60,486 bases of DNA from Clostridia bacterium (GTDB lineage: Bacteria > Bacillota > Clostridia > Christensenellales > Borkfalkiaceae). The notes under the pieces were generated by a model. That model searched no databases, had not been told where the DNA came from, and worked only from the letters and a program-made list of their open reading frames with translations. Below are positions 51,923 through 60,486 of the stretch, in pieces (the first letter of the stretch is position 1; every line of letters begins with the position of its first letter). The position numbers were made by a program, and so were the translations under genes. The stretch is from the NCBI GenBank assembly GCA_029062045.1, contig JAIDQV010000032.1, positions 1-60,486 of the forward strand, written 5' to 3'.

Positions 51923-54900
51923 CTATTTTGACATAATATCCATTAAATGCTGATAAGTGTCTGCAACATCGTAACGAACTGCACCGCTACCGATTTTTTC
52001 AAACAGCTTTCTTGCACAACTGATTTTAGCAGTTTCGATTTTCCTTAATTGCAGACTTTCCATACTTCCCTTTGTTTCGGCAATAAAGTAAACATATTTT
52101 ACCGCTCCTTCGTTAAAAGCTATCGCCCAATCTGGCGAATAATCACCTACAGGCGTAGGAATTTTAAATGACCTCGGTAGCTTGGCATATACGCACACAT
52201 CGTCTTTATTGCTGTCCAAATCTACTGCAAACCTTTTTTCGGTATCGCTATCTACAACAACATAAGGCGTAATATGATTGTCTGCTTTAACAGCACTGTT
52301 AAAATCGATAACACCCTTGCCAGCAGTAAAAATATCGCTTGAATATGGCTCTTCTTCCGTCACATTATAAGTTATTTCATCCACTATCATAGTGGCTTTC
52401 TGCTCATTAATAATCCTAATAGCTTTCAGTATGAAATCTTCGGGATTGCGTTTAAACATTTCAAACGCTTCGCGTTTTATTCCCTGCAGAATTTTTACAA
52501 CGGTCTTACGAGTTAGCGCAGTTCCTTTGCAAATCTTACCCACCAAATCATAAGTAACGCCGGATACCCCTCCACTTTTTAAAGTTGTGGTTTTTGTTTT
52601 GCCCTCAGTAAAATCAAGCGATTCCCCTTGCGCACCTATCGTGCGCACATAAGTAAGTTCTGCAACATACATTCCGTCATTTATAGCGTCGATTGCCTTT
52701 TCAATAAGCTCATCGCTATCAAACGACACGGAGTAAGCATATTTATGATTAATTAATTTCCACAGCCTTTGAAATTCTTTTTTTGCAAAATTTTCGTTCA
52801 GTTCGTTTTGGGTTATTTTCGGCTTATTGGCAGGCGCAATTATTTCTTCCATTATCTTTTCGTCAAAGATGCCCTGAATCAACTTATGTATGCTCTCGCC
52901 CATTGGCTCAAGCTCGGAAGGCAGCGCAGCAAAATTACCTTGTTCTTGTGCAGCTCTGTAAACATCGGTAACACTCCCGTTACGGCTTACATACCCGTTG
53001 GCACGCAGATATACAAATATGTCCGTTGCATCGTCTTCTGTAAGCTCGTAAGTGCCGTTTGCCGTTTTAATAACTTTGCCAGTAAAAAATTCAATTGTAG
53101 CTTTAGTGGGTCTATCGTAAAGCGTGGATTTAATTTCTGCTTGCAATTCGCCTACGAACGATTTATAGCTATCGCTTGCAATAACGGTTAATACGTTTAT
53201 ATCGTGAACCTTAACGCCGTAAATGCTTCCGTCTATTCTGTCCCCCTCACGGTTTACGCATAGGCGCATACCGCGTCCCACTTCCTGCCGCTTGTTAATT
53301 TCGCTGTTGCTTTGCTTAAGCGTGCAAATCTGAAAAACGTTGGGGTTATCCCACCCCTCCCTTAAAGCTGAGTGAGAGAAAATAAAACGAGTAGGCTCGT
53401 CAAAAGACAACAACCTCTCCTTGTTCTTTAAAATCAAATCGTATGCAGAAATATCGTCGCAAACGCCCTTTTTCTCAACCGAGTTCACAATGCGGTTCGT
53501 CTTTTTGTCAATCGAAAAATATCCCTTGTGCGTGTCTTGCACGGCTATACTCTTTAAATATTTAATATAAGGTGTATCGGCATAATCAGCGTAATCTTTT
53601 AAAACGTCGTTATATTCTTGCTCGAACATAACCCCGAAGTCGCCTAAAATTTCGTTGCCGTTTTCGTCATATTGTCTGTAATGTGCAACCTCGTCAATGA
53701 AAAAAAGCGACAAGCATTTAACACCCATATTGAAAAGTTTTTCTTCCTTTTCAAAATGGGATAAAATTGTTTCCCTTATCTGAATACGACGCATATCGCG
53801 TTCTGAAATGTCCCCTTGCACCTCGCCTACTGCAAGAGTTATTCCGTTAAGAAAAGTAACTGAGTTGTTTATAGGATCAATTTCCTTAACAATAAACCCG
53901 TTTTTATACTGTTCAAGTGGAGGCATATTTTTGCCCGCCGACATCTTGTACAAGTTATCGTTTACTTCTACGATACGCTGTTCACGGTTAATTCCCTTGC
54001 TGTAATTGACCTCAAAAGTTATTCTTGCCCTAGGCGGCTTTTTTGGATCAAGCAGAATTTGCGAAAGATAAACAAACCCGTCCGTTCCGCGCAAGTTCCG
54101 AAGTTCAAATCCCTTCACTTCTATCTTTTTTACAAGCTTCTTCTGGTAAGCATCCAAAGCGTCAAGAACGTAAACAAGGTTATGCGTTTCACGGTGAGTT
54201 GCCGAATAATTAAGTGAAAACAACGGTTTAAATAGTTTTATGCTTGCTTGCGTTGCATCTCCACCAAGCTTCTGCGGCTCATCCAGAATCACAATAGGAC
54301 GGTTTGCGGCAATTACGTCAATTGGGCGGCGGCTGCCGAAGCTATCCTGCTTGCTGTAAATAATACGCGCCGCTTCGTTCTTTGCCCCCTCTTTCAAGGA
54401 CGAGGCAAAAGCCTGCGCATTTATTATCATAACGTAAATATCTTTGCTTGCCGAAAAATTATCAAGTTGATTTAGGTTTTTACTGTTGTATATAAAATAG
54501 CGCGCCTTTTTGCCATATTGCTCGAAGAAGTGGTCTTCCATTACCTCGAACGACTTTTTAACGCCCTCGCGGATAGCGATAGACGGAACTACAACTATAA
54601 ACTTGCTCCAGCCGTATTTTTTATTCAATTCGAAAATAGTTTTTATGTAGCAATATGTTTTTCCCGTGCCTGTCTCCATTTCTATATCGAGCGCACATCG
54701 ACACCCCACACCAAACGGTTTAGAAAGAGTAGCCGACTGCTTAATATTGTTGTCAAGCTGTAAAGTGCGGATATTGCTAAGTAGCGTGCCGTCGGTTAAG
54801 TTTATGGGTGCATTACCAAAACCGCTTCCGTAATCTTCATCAATATTATCAAGCGTTTGCTGAACGTTTTCAGTTTGATTTCCTAAATCACGCAAATAGG

Positions 54901-54994
54901 AAACGTGGTCATTGAAGGCTTGTCCCTCAAAAACCTTAACCACAGCGTTCACCGCCTCCGTCTGATAATCTTGTATTTTAAATTTGAATTTCAT
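51923..54994 (-). CDS. res: Type III restriction endonuclease, Res subunit
   Basis: SF2 helicase motif I METGTGKTY and motif II ILDEPQK. C-terminal PD-ExK-like YSPDWAIAF...YFIAETKG. 1023 aa, downstream of mod. Confidence 0.9.
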   Translation of the reverse strand: MKFKFKIQDYQTEAVNAVVKVFEGQAFNDHVSYLRDLGNQTENVQQTLDNIDEDYGSGFGNAPINLTDGTLLSNIRTLQLDNNIKQSATLSKPFGVGCRCALDIEMETGTGKTYCYIKTIFELNKKYGWSKFIVVVPSIAIREGVKKSFEVMEDHFFEQYGKKARYFIYNSKNLNQLDNFSASKDIYVMIINAQAFASSLKEGAKNEAARIIYSKQDSFGSRRPIDVIAANRPIVILDEPQKLGGDATQASIKLFKPLFSLNYSATHRETHNLVYVLDALDAYQKKLVKKIEVKGFELRNLRGTDGFVYLSQILLDPKKPPRARITFEVNYSKGINREQRIVEVNDNLYKMSAGKNMPPLEQYKNGFIVKEIDPINNSVTFLNGITLAVGEVQGDISERDMRRIQIRETILSHFEKEEKLFNMGVKCLSLFFIDEVAHYRQYDENGNEILGDFGVMFEQEYNDVLKDYADYADTPYIKYLKSIAVQDTHKGYFSIDKKTNRIVNSVEKKGVCDDISAYDLILKNKERLLSFDEPTRFIFSHSALREGWDNPNVFQICTLKQSNSEINKRQEVGRGMRLCVNREGDRIDGSIYGVKVHDINVLTVIASDSYKSFVGELQAEIKSTLYDRPTKATIEFFTGKVIKTANGTYELTEDDATDIFVYLRANGYVSRNGSVTDVYRAAQEQGNFAALPSELEPMGESIHKLIQGIFDEKIMEEIIAPANKPKITQNELNENFAKKEFQRLWKLINHKYAYSVSFDSDELIEKAIDAINDGMYVAELTYVRTIGAQGESLDFTEGKTKTTTLKSGGVSGVTYDLVGKICKGTALTRKTVVKILQGIKREAFEMFKRNPEDFILKAIRIINEQKATMIVDEITYNVTEEEPYSSDIFTAGKGVIDFNSAVKADNHITPYVVVDSDTEKRFAVDLDSNKDDVCVYAKLPRSFKIPTPVGDYSPDWAIAFNEGAVKYVYFIAETKGSMESLQLRKIETAKISCARKLFEKIGSGAVRYDVADTYQHLMDIMSK

Positions 54995-55755
54995 AAATCA
55001 AGCCACTTTTCCGTGAGAATATTTTCATACATAATATAATTAATATTTTTGCGAGCATAAATAGATATTTTTTGATAAAACTTGACCCCAGTATTTGTTT
55101 CTATTTCAAAGTATAGACAGCAATCAAACATATCTTCAGTAGTATCATTGTTTAATCTAATATAAAACTCGCATTCATTGTTATTTATCATTATATCCCA
55201 ATTGACTTTATAACTTTTGCAAATTGGTTTTATTAAATCAACCTTTACTATTTTAAGACTAACAATTTTAGCCCTACTATCGTTTATCAACTTTATAAAC
55301 AATGACAAAATTTTACTCTGTTTATTCTGATAATTATAAGCAAGGCTATACACAACTTCTTTAATTTCATTTTCTTGGATCACTCTGCAAAAATTCTTAG
55401 TTTCAGGAGAAAATAAGCAAGAATCATGTTGTTCAACTAATGTTTTAGCAACTTGAATCATAGGATAATTTTCTTGGTTTGCAATCATAAACTGTTTGTC
55501 GTTTATCTTTTGCAATTCTTTATTCTGCTCTATCAAATCTTCATTTTGTTTGTTTGCTTTTTCTGTTTGCCAAACAGCAACAATTGCTAACGCCGTAGTA
55601 CCGATAAACGATAATATTGAACAGCTCGCCTCAAGCCAATCAGAAACTGTTAAAATTGGTTTACTGCAAAATTTATCAACCAATCCTAAGACTAAAAGTG
55701 TAGCTATTGTCAAAGTACCCAATATTATAGTAATAATAAGTAAGTTCTTCTTCAT
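54991..55755 (-). CDS. Hypothetical two-TM membrane protein inserted between mod and res
   Basis: 254 aa with TM helices LLIITIILGTLTIATLLVLGLV and ILSFIGTTALAIVAVW. Its start overlaps the mod stop (TAATG) and its stop overlaps the res start (ATGA). It is much more AT-rich than its neighbours. Confidence 0.6.
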   Translation of the reverse strand: MKKNLLIITIILGTLTIATLLVLGLVDKFCSKPILTVSDWLEASCSILSFIGTTALAIVAVWQTEKANKQNEDLIEQNKELQKINDKQFMIANQENYPMIQVAKTLVEQHDSCLFSPETKNFCRVIQENEIKEVVYSLAYNYQNKQSKILSLFIKLINDSRAKIVSLKIVKVDLIKPICKSYKVNWDIMINNNECEFYIRLNNDTTEDMFDCCLYFEIETNTGVKFYQKISIYARKNINYIMYENILTEKWLDL

Positions 55756-57623
55756 TATAAAACTTTCCTCTTTGTGCTTGGTGAATAGGTTGCAAAAATT
55801 TGCTCAAAGTTCGCAGCAACTGAGTCCGAGGATAACCCGCTGTCACGGAACACTGCGTAAAGCGGTTTTACTTTTGCAATTTCCGTAACTATTTCTGCGG
55901 TTATGTTATCCTCGAAACACGCAATTAAGTCGCCGTCATCCACGTTGACCACGCTTTTGCCCGCAATCACCTTTTGCGTTATTTTAGCCGATAACGGCTT
56001 ACCCAATTCTAACATAACCTGAAACAACAAATCAAGTTCAGTACGGTCAGACTTTATGTTATCTTGCATATCACCAATCATTATTTGGTCGTATTCTTCG
56101 GGCTTGTAATATACGTCTTTCATATTTGAAGAATCGAGTTTAAGCACACGGAATCCAATATCAAGGTATTGTGCCTTTTCACCGTTCTCCTCTTTAATTT
56201 TCTTGCCCGCTCTGCGAATGCGCTCCTTACCGATTTCACAAATATTTTTATATCCGGCTTTATATGCTTCGGACTTTTCATCGCAAAGTTCGGGAAGCTG
56301 TACCATAATAAATTTGCGATTGCCGCCGTCTTCTGCGTTTAACTGCATAACTGCGTGAGCGGTAGTCGCCGAACCAGAGAAAAAGTCAAGAACTACACAT
56401 TCTTTGGTTGAATACAATTGTACACATCTTTTTATAAGATCTACAGATTTGGGATAATCGAAAAACGCCTTCCCATCAAATATTGCCATTAGTTTTTTTG
56501 CAGCATCTTGAGAGTGGCCAACTTCAGTATATTTCCAAATTGTCATTGGCGTCATTCCGTCTTTAACTTCACTTAAAAAACGTTTTGTTGCTGGAACATT
56601 GTTACCATCAGTACCAAACCATATTCTGTTATCCGCTAATAGCTCTTTAAATTTTTCTTCAGAAACGCGCCAGCATCTACCGGAAGGAGGATAAATACTA
56701 CGCCCACTAGGAGCAATAATTTCATAAACATTTTTTTCTACACGAGGGCCTACGCTCATATCACTTGATTTCCAAACACCGCGAGGATCATTATCTGGAT
56801 TGCTATATCTTTCATTAGCTTCACCACTGCGCGGCAAACCATTACATACGAGATTTTCAATATTTTTTGCATAACACAAAATATAGTCATGACATTCTGA
56901 AAAATGTTTTTTAAGATTGACCGGCGAGTAAGCCCTTTCCCAAATTACCTGTGCTAAAAAATTACTTTCTCCAAGAATCTCATCGCAAATCTTTTTTAAG
57001 TTTTCTTGTTCATTATCATCTATACTGATAAAAATAATTCCGTCATCTGTAAGTAAATCTTTTGCAAGTCGGAGACGGGGATAAATCATATTCAGCCAAT
57101 CCGTATGGAAACGCCCGTTGCTTTCGGTATTCTGAGCAAGGCGATTACCGTAATCGTCATACTGCCCACTGTTCTCCATATACTCGTCCGACGACTGCGC
57201 AAAGTCATCGTTATACACAAAATCATTGCCCGTGTTATAAGGCGGGTCTATATAAATCATTTTAATTTTGCCAAGATACGTCTCCTGCAAAAGTTTTAAA
57301 ACTTCTAAATTGTCCCCCTCTATATAAAGGTTTTGCGTATTATCAAAATCAACGCTTTCTTCCTTACACGGGCGAAGCGTTTTGTTAATAGGCGTATTTG
57401 CAAGCAATATGGACTTTTGCTTATCGGGCCAAGTAAATTGATAGCGTTGTTCCTTATCATCAATAAGTTCATTTGCAAGCTCTTGTTTCAACACTTCAAA
57501 ATCGACTTTAAGTTCAACCTTTCCGTTCCTCACAACTTCGGTTACGGCATTAGGAAACAGTGCCTTTATCTTTTCCACATTGCTTTGTACCTTATCCATT
57601 GACGTCATTTTCAACTTATCCAT
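55755..57623 (-). CDS. mod: Type III R-M DNA methyltransferase, Mod subunit (N6-adenine, beta class)
   Basis: Motif IV IYIDPPYNTGNDF precedes motif I VLDFFSGSATTAHA, with a central variable (TRD) region. Confidence 0.9.
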   Translation of the reverse strand: MDKLKMTSMDKVQSNVEKIKALFPNAVTEVVRNGKVELKVDFEVLKQELANELIDDKEQRYQFTWPDKQKSILLANTPINKTLRPCKEESVDFDNTQNLYIEGDNLEVLKLLQETYLGKIKMIYIDPPYNTGNDFVYNDDFAQSSDEYMENSGQYDDYGNRLAQNTESNGRFHTDWLNMIYPRLRLAKDLLTDDGIIFISIDDNEQENLKKICDEILGESNFLAQVIWERAYSPVNLKKHFSECHDYILCYAKNIENLVCNGLPRSGEANERYSNPDNDPRGVWKSSDMSVGPRVEKNVYEIIAPSGRSIYPPSGRCWRVSEEKFKELLADNRIWFGTDGNNVPATKRFLSEVKDGMTPMTIWKYTEVGHSQDAAKKLMAIFDGKAFFDYPKSVDLIKRCVQLYSTKECVVLDFFSGSATTAHAVMQLNAEDGGNRKFIMVQLPELCDEKSEAYKAGYKNICEIGKERIRRAGKKIKEENGEKAQYLDIGFRVLKLDSSNMKDVYYKPEEYDQIMIGDMQDNIKSDRTELDLLFQVMLELGKPLSAKITQKVIAGKSVVNVDDGDLIACFEDNITAEIVTEIAKVKPLYAVFRDSGLSSDSVAANFEQIFATYSPSTKRKVL

Positions 57624-57647
57624 AGCTTAACTCCGTATTGTGAATAG

Positions 57648-57709
57648 TTAGTCTTATACATTTAACATTATATCATTATAAAACTAACAAATCAACATTA
57701 TAAGACTAA
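57648..57709. promoter_or_regulatory. Inverted repeats in the mod / HTH divergent intergenic region (candidate controller operator)
   Basis: TTAGTCTTATA (57648-57658) and its exact reverse complement TATAAGACTAA (57699-57709). A related GTTAGACTA lies nearer the HTH gene. Confidence 0.4.
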
Positions 57710-57764
57710 TATCGACATCAAAAAACCGTTAGACTATTTGTATAACACTAACGGAGAACAAGAT

Positions 57765-58046
57765 ATGGATGTTGGAAAAAGATTAAGACAGTTAAGAGAT
57801 CAATGTGGATATTCGCAGAATAATTTAGCGGAGCGTGCAGGCGTAGCACAAACACATTTACGAAACGTAGAGCTTGGAAAAGCTGACATAACGGTCAGTC
57901 ATTTACGTCTTATTTGCGATGCCCTTGCAATCTCGTTAAAAGATTTTTTTAACGTGGATGACGAACAAGAAGAACTGTCTGCGGCAATATCAAGGCTTTC
58001 ACCAAAGCAAAAAAGAATATTACTCGACTTTTTAAAAACAATATAG
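57765..58046 (+). CDS. XRE-family helix-turn-helix regulator (possible R-M controller protein)
   Basis: GKRLRQLRDQCGYSQNNLAERAGVAQTHLRNVELGK. Start refined to the ATG at 57765 (RBS GGAGAA). Divergent from mod. Confidence 0.8.
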   Translation: MDVGKRLRQLRDQCGYSQNNLAERAGVAQTHLRNVELGKADITVSHLRLICDALAISLKDFFNVDDEQEELSAAISRLSPKQKRILLDFLKTI

Positions 58047-58081
58047 AAACAGCGGAGAGCTCAAGCTCTCCGCTTATGTAT

Positions 58082-58708
58082 TTATTTCTCTATTTCCTTA
58101 TTTGTTTCTTTTACCCACTTTGTATTCTCGCTTTCAAACAGATTAAACCAAAACACCACATTAGTACTTGGAACTTTATCATACTCAACAGCAATCCCCT
58201 TCAAATTACTTTTCATATGCAAATAGTTCGCCGCATTAATATGTTTCATAATAGCTTTGCGTTGATTTTCTTCTGCAATATAATCGGCAACACCTGTCAG
58301 CTTTTTAATTAAAGGAGAGTTTTGGGTTTTGCTATTTGACATTAGTTTTACCTTATCAAAGTGAGACAATATAATTTGCATTGTACACGGGTTGGCAAAT
58401 ATAATAAGCTTGTCCGCGGCATTGTTGCCATGAAAGCTGTTTATCGCTTCTCGTAATTTACAAAATTGCTCATAGGGTAAAATTTCAGTATCACATAAAA
58501 TTATAACCAAGTCATAATTACTATTCTGATATTCATTTTGATAAATTGCAATTATATTATCGATTGATTTTGCATTTCTTGGTTTTATGTTATAAGCTGA
58601 TGACCACACGCCACATTCTTTTAACTTGGTAATGTAATCATATTCTTCAAACCCTTCGCAAATTATCAATATTTTGCAACCGGTTTTTATTGAAGGGAGT
58701 TTTCTCAT
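58082..58708 (-). CDS. RloB-like (Toprim-like) protein, AbiLii-like
   Basis: N-terminal KILIICEGFEEYDYI resembles the RloB signature (iliicEGekTE.nYf). Overlaps the upstream ATPase gene by 1 nt. Confidence 0.55.
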   Translation of the reverse strand: MRKLPSIKTGCKILIICEGFEEYDYITKLKECGVWSSAYNIKPRNAKSIDNIIAIYQNEYQNSNYDLVIILCDTEILPYEQFCKLREAINSFHGNNAADKLIIFANPCTMQIILSHFDKVKLMSNSKTQNSPLIKKLTGVADYIAEENQRKAIMKHINAANYLHMKSNLKGIAVEYDKVPSTNVVFWFNLFESENTKWVKETNKEIEK

Positions 58709-59976
58709 TAAGCATCTTCTCCCTTCAACAAAAGTGAAATCAAATCAGGTTCAGGGACAGCACCAAGCACTCCTGCACTGTATTTCTCTAAAATATCTGA
58801 TTCGGAACGTATACCGTCATTTTGCGCAGTATAATCAGCTAAAGAATATAAATAAACCCCATCGTAATCTTTTGCAGCAAAACATATTTGATCTTTCCTA
58901 AACAACTTCTTGCAATCTAATAATGTTACATCATGCGCAGTAAATATCAACTGTGCATTTTTATTTAAATCATTATTGAACAAAGCGACTATTGCTCTAG
59001 TAAGTTTAAAATGTAAACTGCTGTCAAGTTCGTCTACAACAAGTATTTTCCCATTTGTTAAAGCTTCGATTATATAACTTGCAATCGCAATTATTTTTTT
59101 TGTACCAGTCGAATCAAACGAAAAGCTAGGAACAGGTTTTCCTCTATGAACAGAAGTCAGCCTAAACATATCGGTTATTGAAACTGCCGTCCTTAAAACC
59201 AGTTCCTGAGGAAGCGGAGTATTATTAGGCTGGCTCTTTTTATTTTCATCTTTTAAATAAAGATAATCGTCTATATCTAAATCGGCAAGTTTTATCAACT
59301 CTATTGTTTTTTCTTTTATTTTTTCATTTTCTTTCAATACTTTTATCGTTTTCTCTAATGGAATATCATCCATAGATAAAACTTCTATCTTGCTTGCAAA
59401 TTCTCTTAATATCTGTTTATATCTCTCAACAATAGGGTATTTAATCGTATTAATTGTGTATATTAGAATATTATCGGATGAAACCAACCCCAATACTTTG
59501 CTTAGTTCTTCATTTCCACTAAATCTGTACACATCATTATAAACATCTCTAATGAACAATTCTTTTTCACTGAGATTGTTGTGTTTATCTAAACTTAACT
59601 CTGAAAATTTTTCATAAATAAACCCTTTCTTTAATGCATTCTTCAGTGTTAAATCAAATTTGAAATCATAACTATATGCTCTACCATTATGCAAGAATGA
59701 GATACCGAAAGAGCATACATTATTACCAGTAAAAATATTAACGGGTACTTCTGCAACCATTCCAAGTAGAATATTTCGAATAGAATTAATAGCTCTTACA
59801 ATACACGTTTTGCCGGCATTGTTTGCTCCATATACACAAGCCGACTTTAAAACATTAAATCTGTTTTCGCTATAAACATTACAATTAAATTTTTTAATCC
59901 GCATATCAGCTTTTAAAGATAGTTCAACATCATTTGAATAAACTAAAAAGTTATCAACTCTAACACTCAGTATCAT
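58708..59976 (-). CDS. AAA_15/AAA_21-type (ABC-like) ATPase, AbiLi/RloA-like
   Basis: Walker A VYGANNAGKTCIV; Walker B/D-loop KILVVDELDSSLH; H-loop-like FTAHD. Confidence 0.7.
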   Translation of the reverse strand: MILSVRVDNFLVYSNDVELSLKADMRIKKFNCNVYSENRFNVLKSACVYGANNAGKTCIVRAINSIRNILLGMVAEVPVNIFTGNNVCSFGISFLHNGRAYSYDFKFDLTLKNALKKGFIYEKFSELSLDKHNNLSEKELFIRDVYNDVYRFSGNEELSKVLGLVSSDNILIYTINTIKYPIVERYKQILREFASKIEVLSMDDIPLEKTIKVLKENEKIKEKTIELIKLADLDIDDYLYLKDENKKSQPNNTPLPQELVLRTAVSITDMFRLTSVHRGKPVPSFSFDSTGTKKIIAIASYIIEALTNGKILVVDELDSSLHFKLTRAIVALFNNDLNKNAQLIFTAHDVTLLDCKKLFRKDQICFAAKDYDGVYLYSLADYTAQNDGIRSESDILEKYSAGVLGAVPEPDLISLLLKGEDA

Positions 59977-60115
59977 ATTTACGAACTCCTTGATATATAT
60001 AATATACCATATAAATATTTTTTGTGCAATAATTTAGCATAAAAAATATTTATATTTATTATAAGCCAATTGGACTACTTTTAATCATTTTGCTTTAACT
60101 ACTTTAGATTGTTCA

Positions 60116-60370
60116 TCACTTTTTATTCACAAATCTTTTCAGCGCCATAGTGGAAGCATTATTCTTTATCGATGGTTTAGGCTTTCCTTCAAATTCGGGG
60201 TACTGTTTGAGAAATTGCTTAAACCTTGCAAGAATGCGTTCCTTCCCGTGGGGAAATAATATCTTATCTCTGTATCGGCAACCGTCATACATTTGGCAGT
60301 TGACGCTTTTTGTACAGCTTTTATAAATCTTTACCTGCTTGCTGTGTAGTCCATAGTGATAAAAAAACAA
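60116..60370 (-). CDS. Hypothetical small basic Cys-containing protein
   Basis: An 84-aa open frame only; I recognise no motif. Confidence 0.25.
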   Translation of the reverse strand: MFFYHYGLHSKQVKIYKSCTKSVNCQMYDGCRYRDKILFPHGKERILARFKQFLKQYPEFEGKPKPSIKNNASTMALKRFVNKK

Positions 60371-60377
60371 GGAATCG

Positions 60378-60406
60378 TTGCTTTTACTTTCTGATTTTGC
60401 TATAAT
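60378..60406 (+). promoter_or_regulatory. Promoter with extended -10 near the window end
   Basis: TTGCTT-17 nt-TATAAT preceded by TGc. The downstream leader shares GATAAACAGTAATTTAGCGGAG with the leader of the 46970..47305 gene. Confidence 0.45.
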
Positions 60407-60446
60407 GACTGTGCGATAAACAGTAATTTAGCGGAGATAAAGAAAA

Positions 60447-60486
60447 ATGCTTGTTTTATGCTCAAATGGATTATCAAGTGAAAAAC
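60447..60486 (+). CDS. 5' end of a truncated ORF (MLVLCSNGLSSEK...)
   Basis: An ATG 10 nt after GGAG; only 13 codons fall within the window. Confidence 0.3.
   Translation, partial: MLVLCSNGLSSEK

Larger units (their letters stand above)
46936..60486. other. Compositionally mosaic AT-rich accessory (defence) island; right end beyond window
   Basis: G+C drops sharply after the AKR gene. Hand counts of single 60-nt lines give 9-13 G+C at 48061, 55021 and 55201, versus 32 at 14101. Gene content is R-M, Abi-like and nuclease genes. No integrase was seen. Confidence 0.6.

Noticed and set aside
46936-60486. Integrative element or prophage interpretation of the AT-rich island.
   Set aside because: No integrase, recombinase, transposase, tRNA target or phage structural genes are visible within the window. 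Only inverted, not direct, repeats were found. I therefore call it a defence island of unresolved mobility.

Overview
The window looks like a chromosomal segment from a Firmicutes/Clostridia-like anaerobe; this taxon guess rests only on gene content (YitT, LplABC-type sugar ABC transporter, SpoVK/CbbX-type AAA+, YdjI-like SPFH). All domain calls come from motifs read by eye in the supplied translations, with no database search.

Layout:
(i) 0.1-12.7 kb: carbohydrate and housekeeping genes (GH13, two YitT paralogs, KDPG aldolase, DUF308, GH4), plus a phosphorelay of a hybrid sensor kinase with two periplasmic solute-binding domains, an Hpt protein and a REC-HD-GYP protein.
(ii) 12.8-31.4 kb: the stand-out region. 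It is a one-strand, tightly packed 16-gene cluster running from a consensus promoter to a terminator. It joins a Ter-type stress module (P-type Ca2+-ATPase, two TerD, and a PRTase/StiP-like/HAD/CitE-like metabolite module) to a bacterial ESCRT-III/Vps4-like set. That set has three Snf7/PspA-like coiled-coil proteins (one fused to an AAA+ ATPase), a MIT-AAA+ protein and a third AAA+. The cluster also encodes a Zn-ribbon-TIR-degenerate-TerD fusion, a Zn-ribbon-HEPN-like protein, a Zn-ribbon-Sel1-trypsin-like protease and a YdjI-like SPFH protein.
(iii) 31.5-45.0 kb: a fructan/sucrose utilisation locus (two GH32, fructokinase, ABC transporter, a large CBM-like lipoprotein, LacI regulator).
(iv) 45-47 kb: a small stand-alone ORF, a nitroreductase and an aldo-keto reductase.
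(v) 46.9-60.5 kb: a compositionally mosaic, AT-rich defence island. It carries a Shedu-like DUF4263 nuclease, a large unknown protein, a Type III R-M system with an AT-rich membrane-protein gene wedged between mod and res, an AbiL-like AAA/RloB pair, and an orphan, 3'-divergent 5S rRNA gene.

I saw no CRISPR array, tRNA, integrase or transposase.
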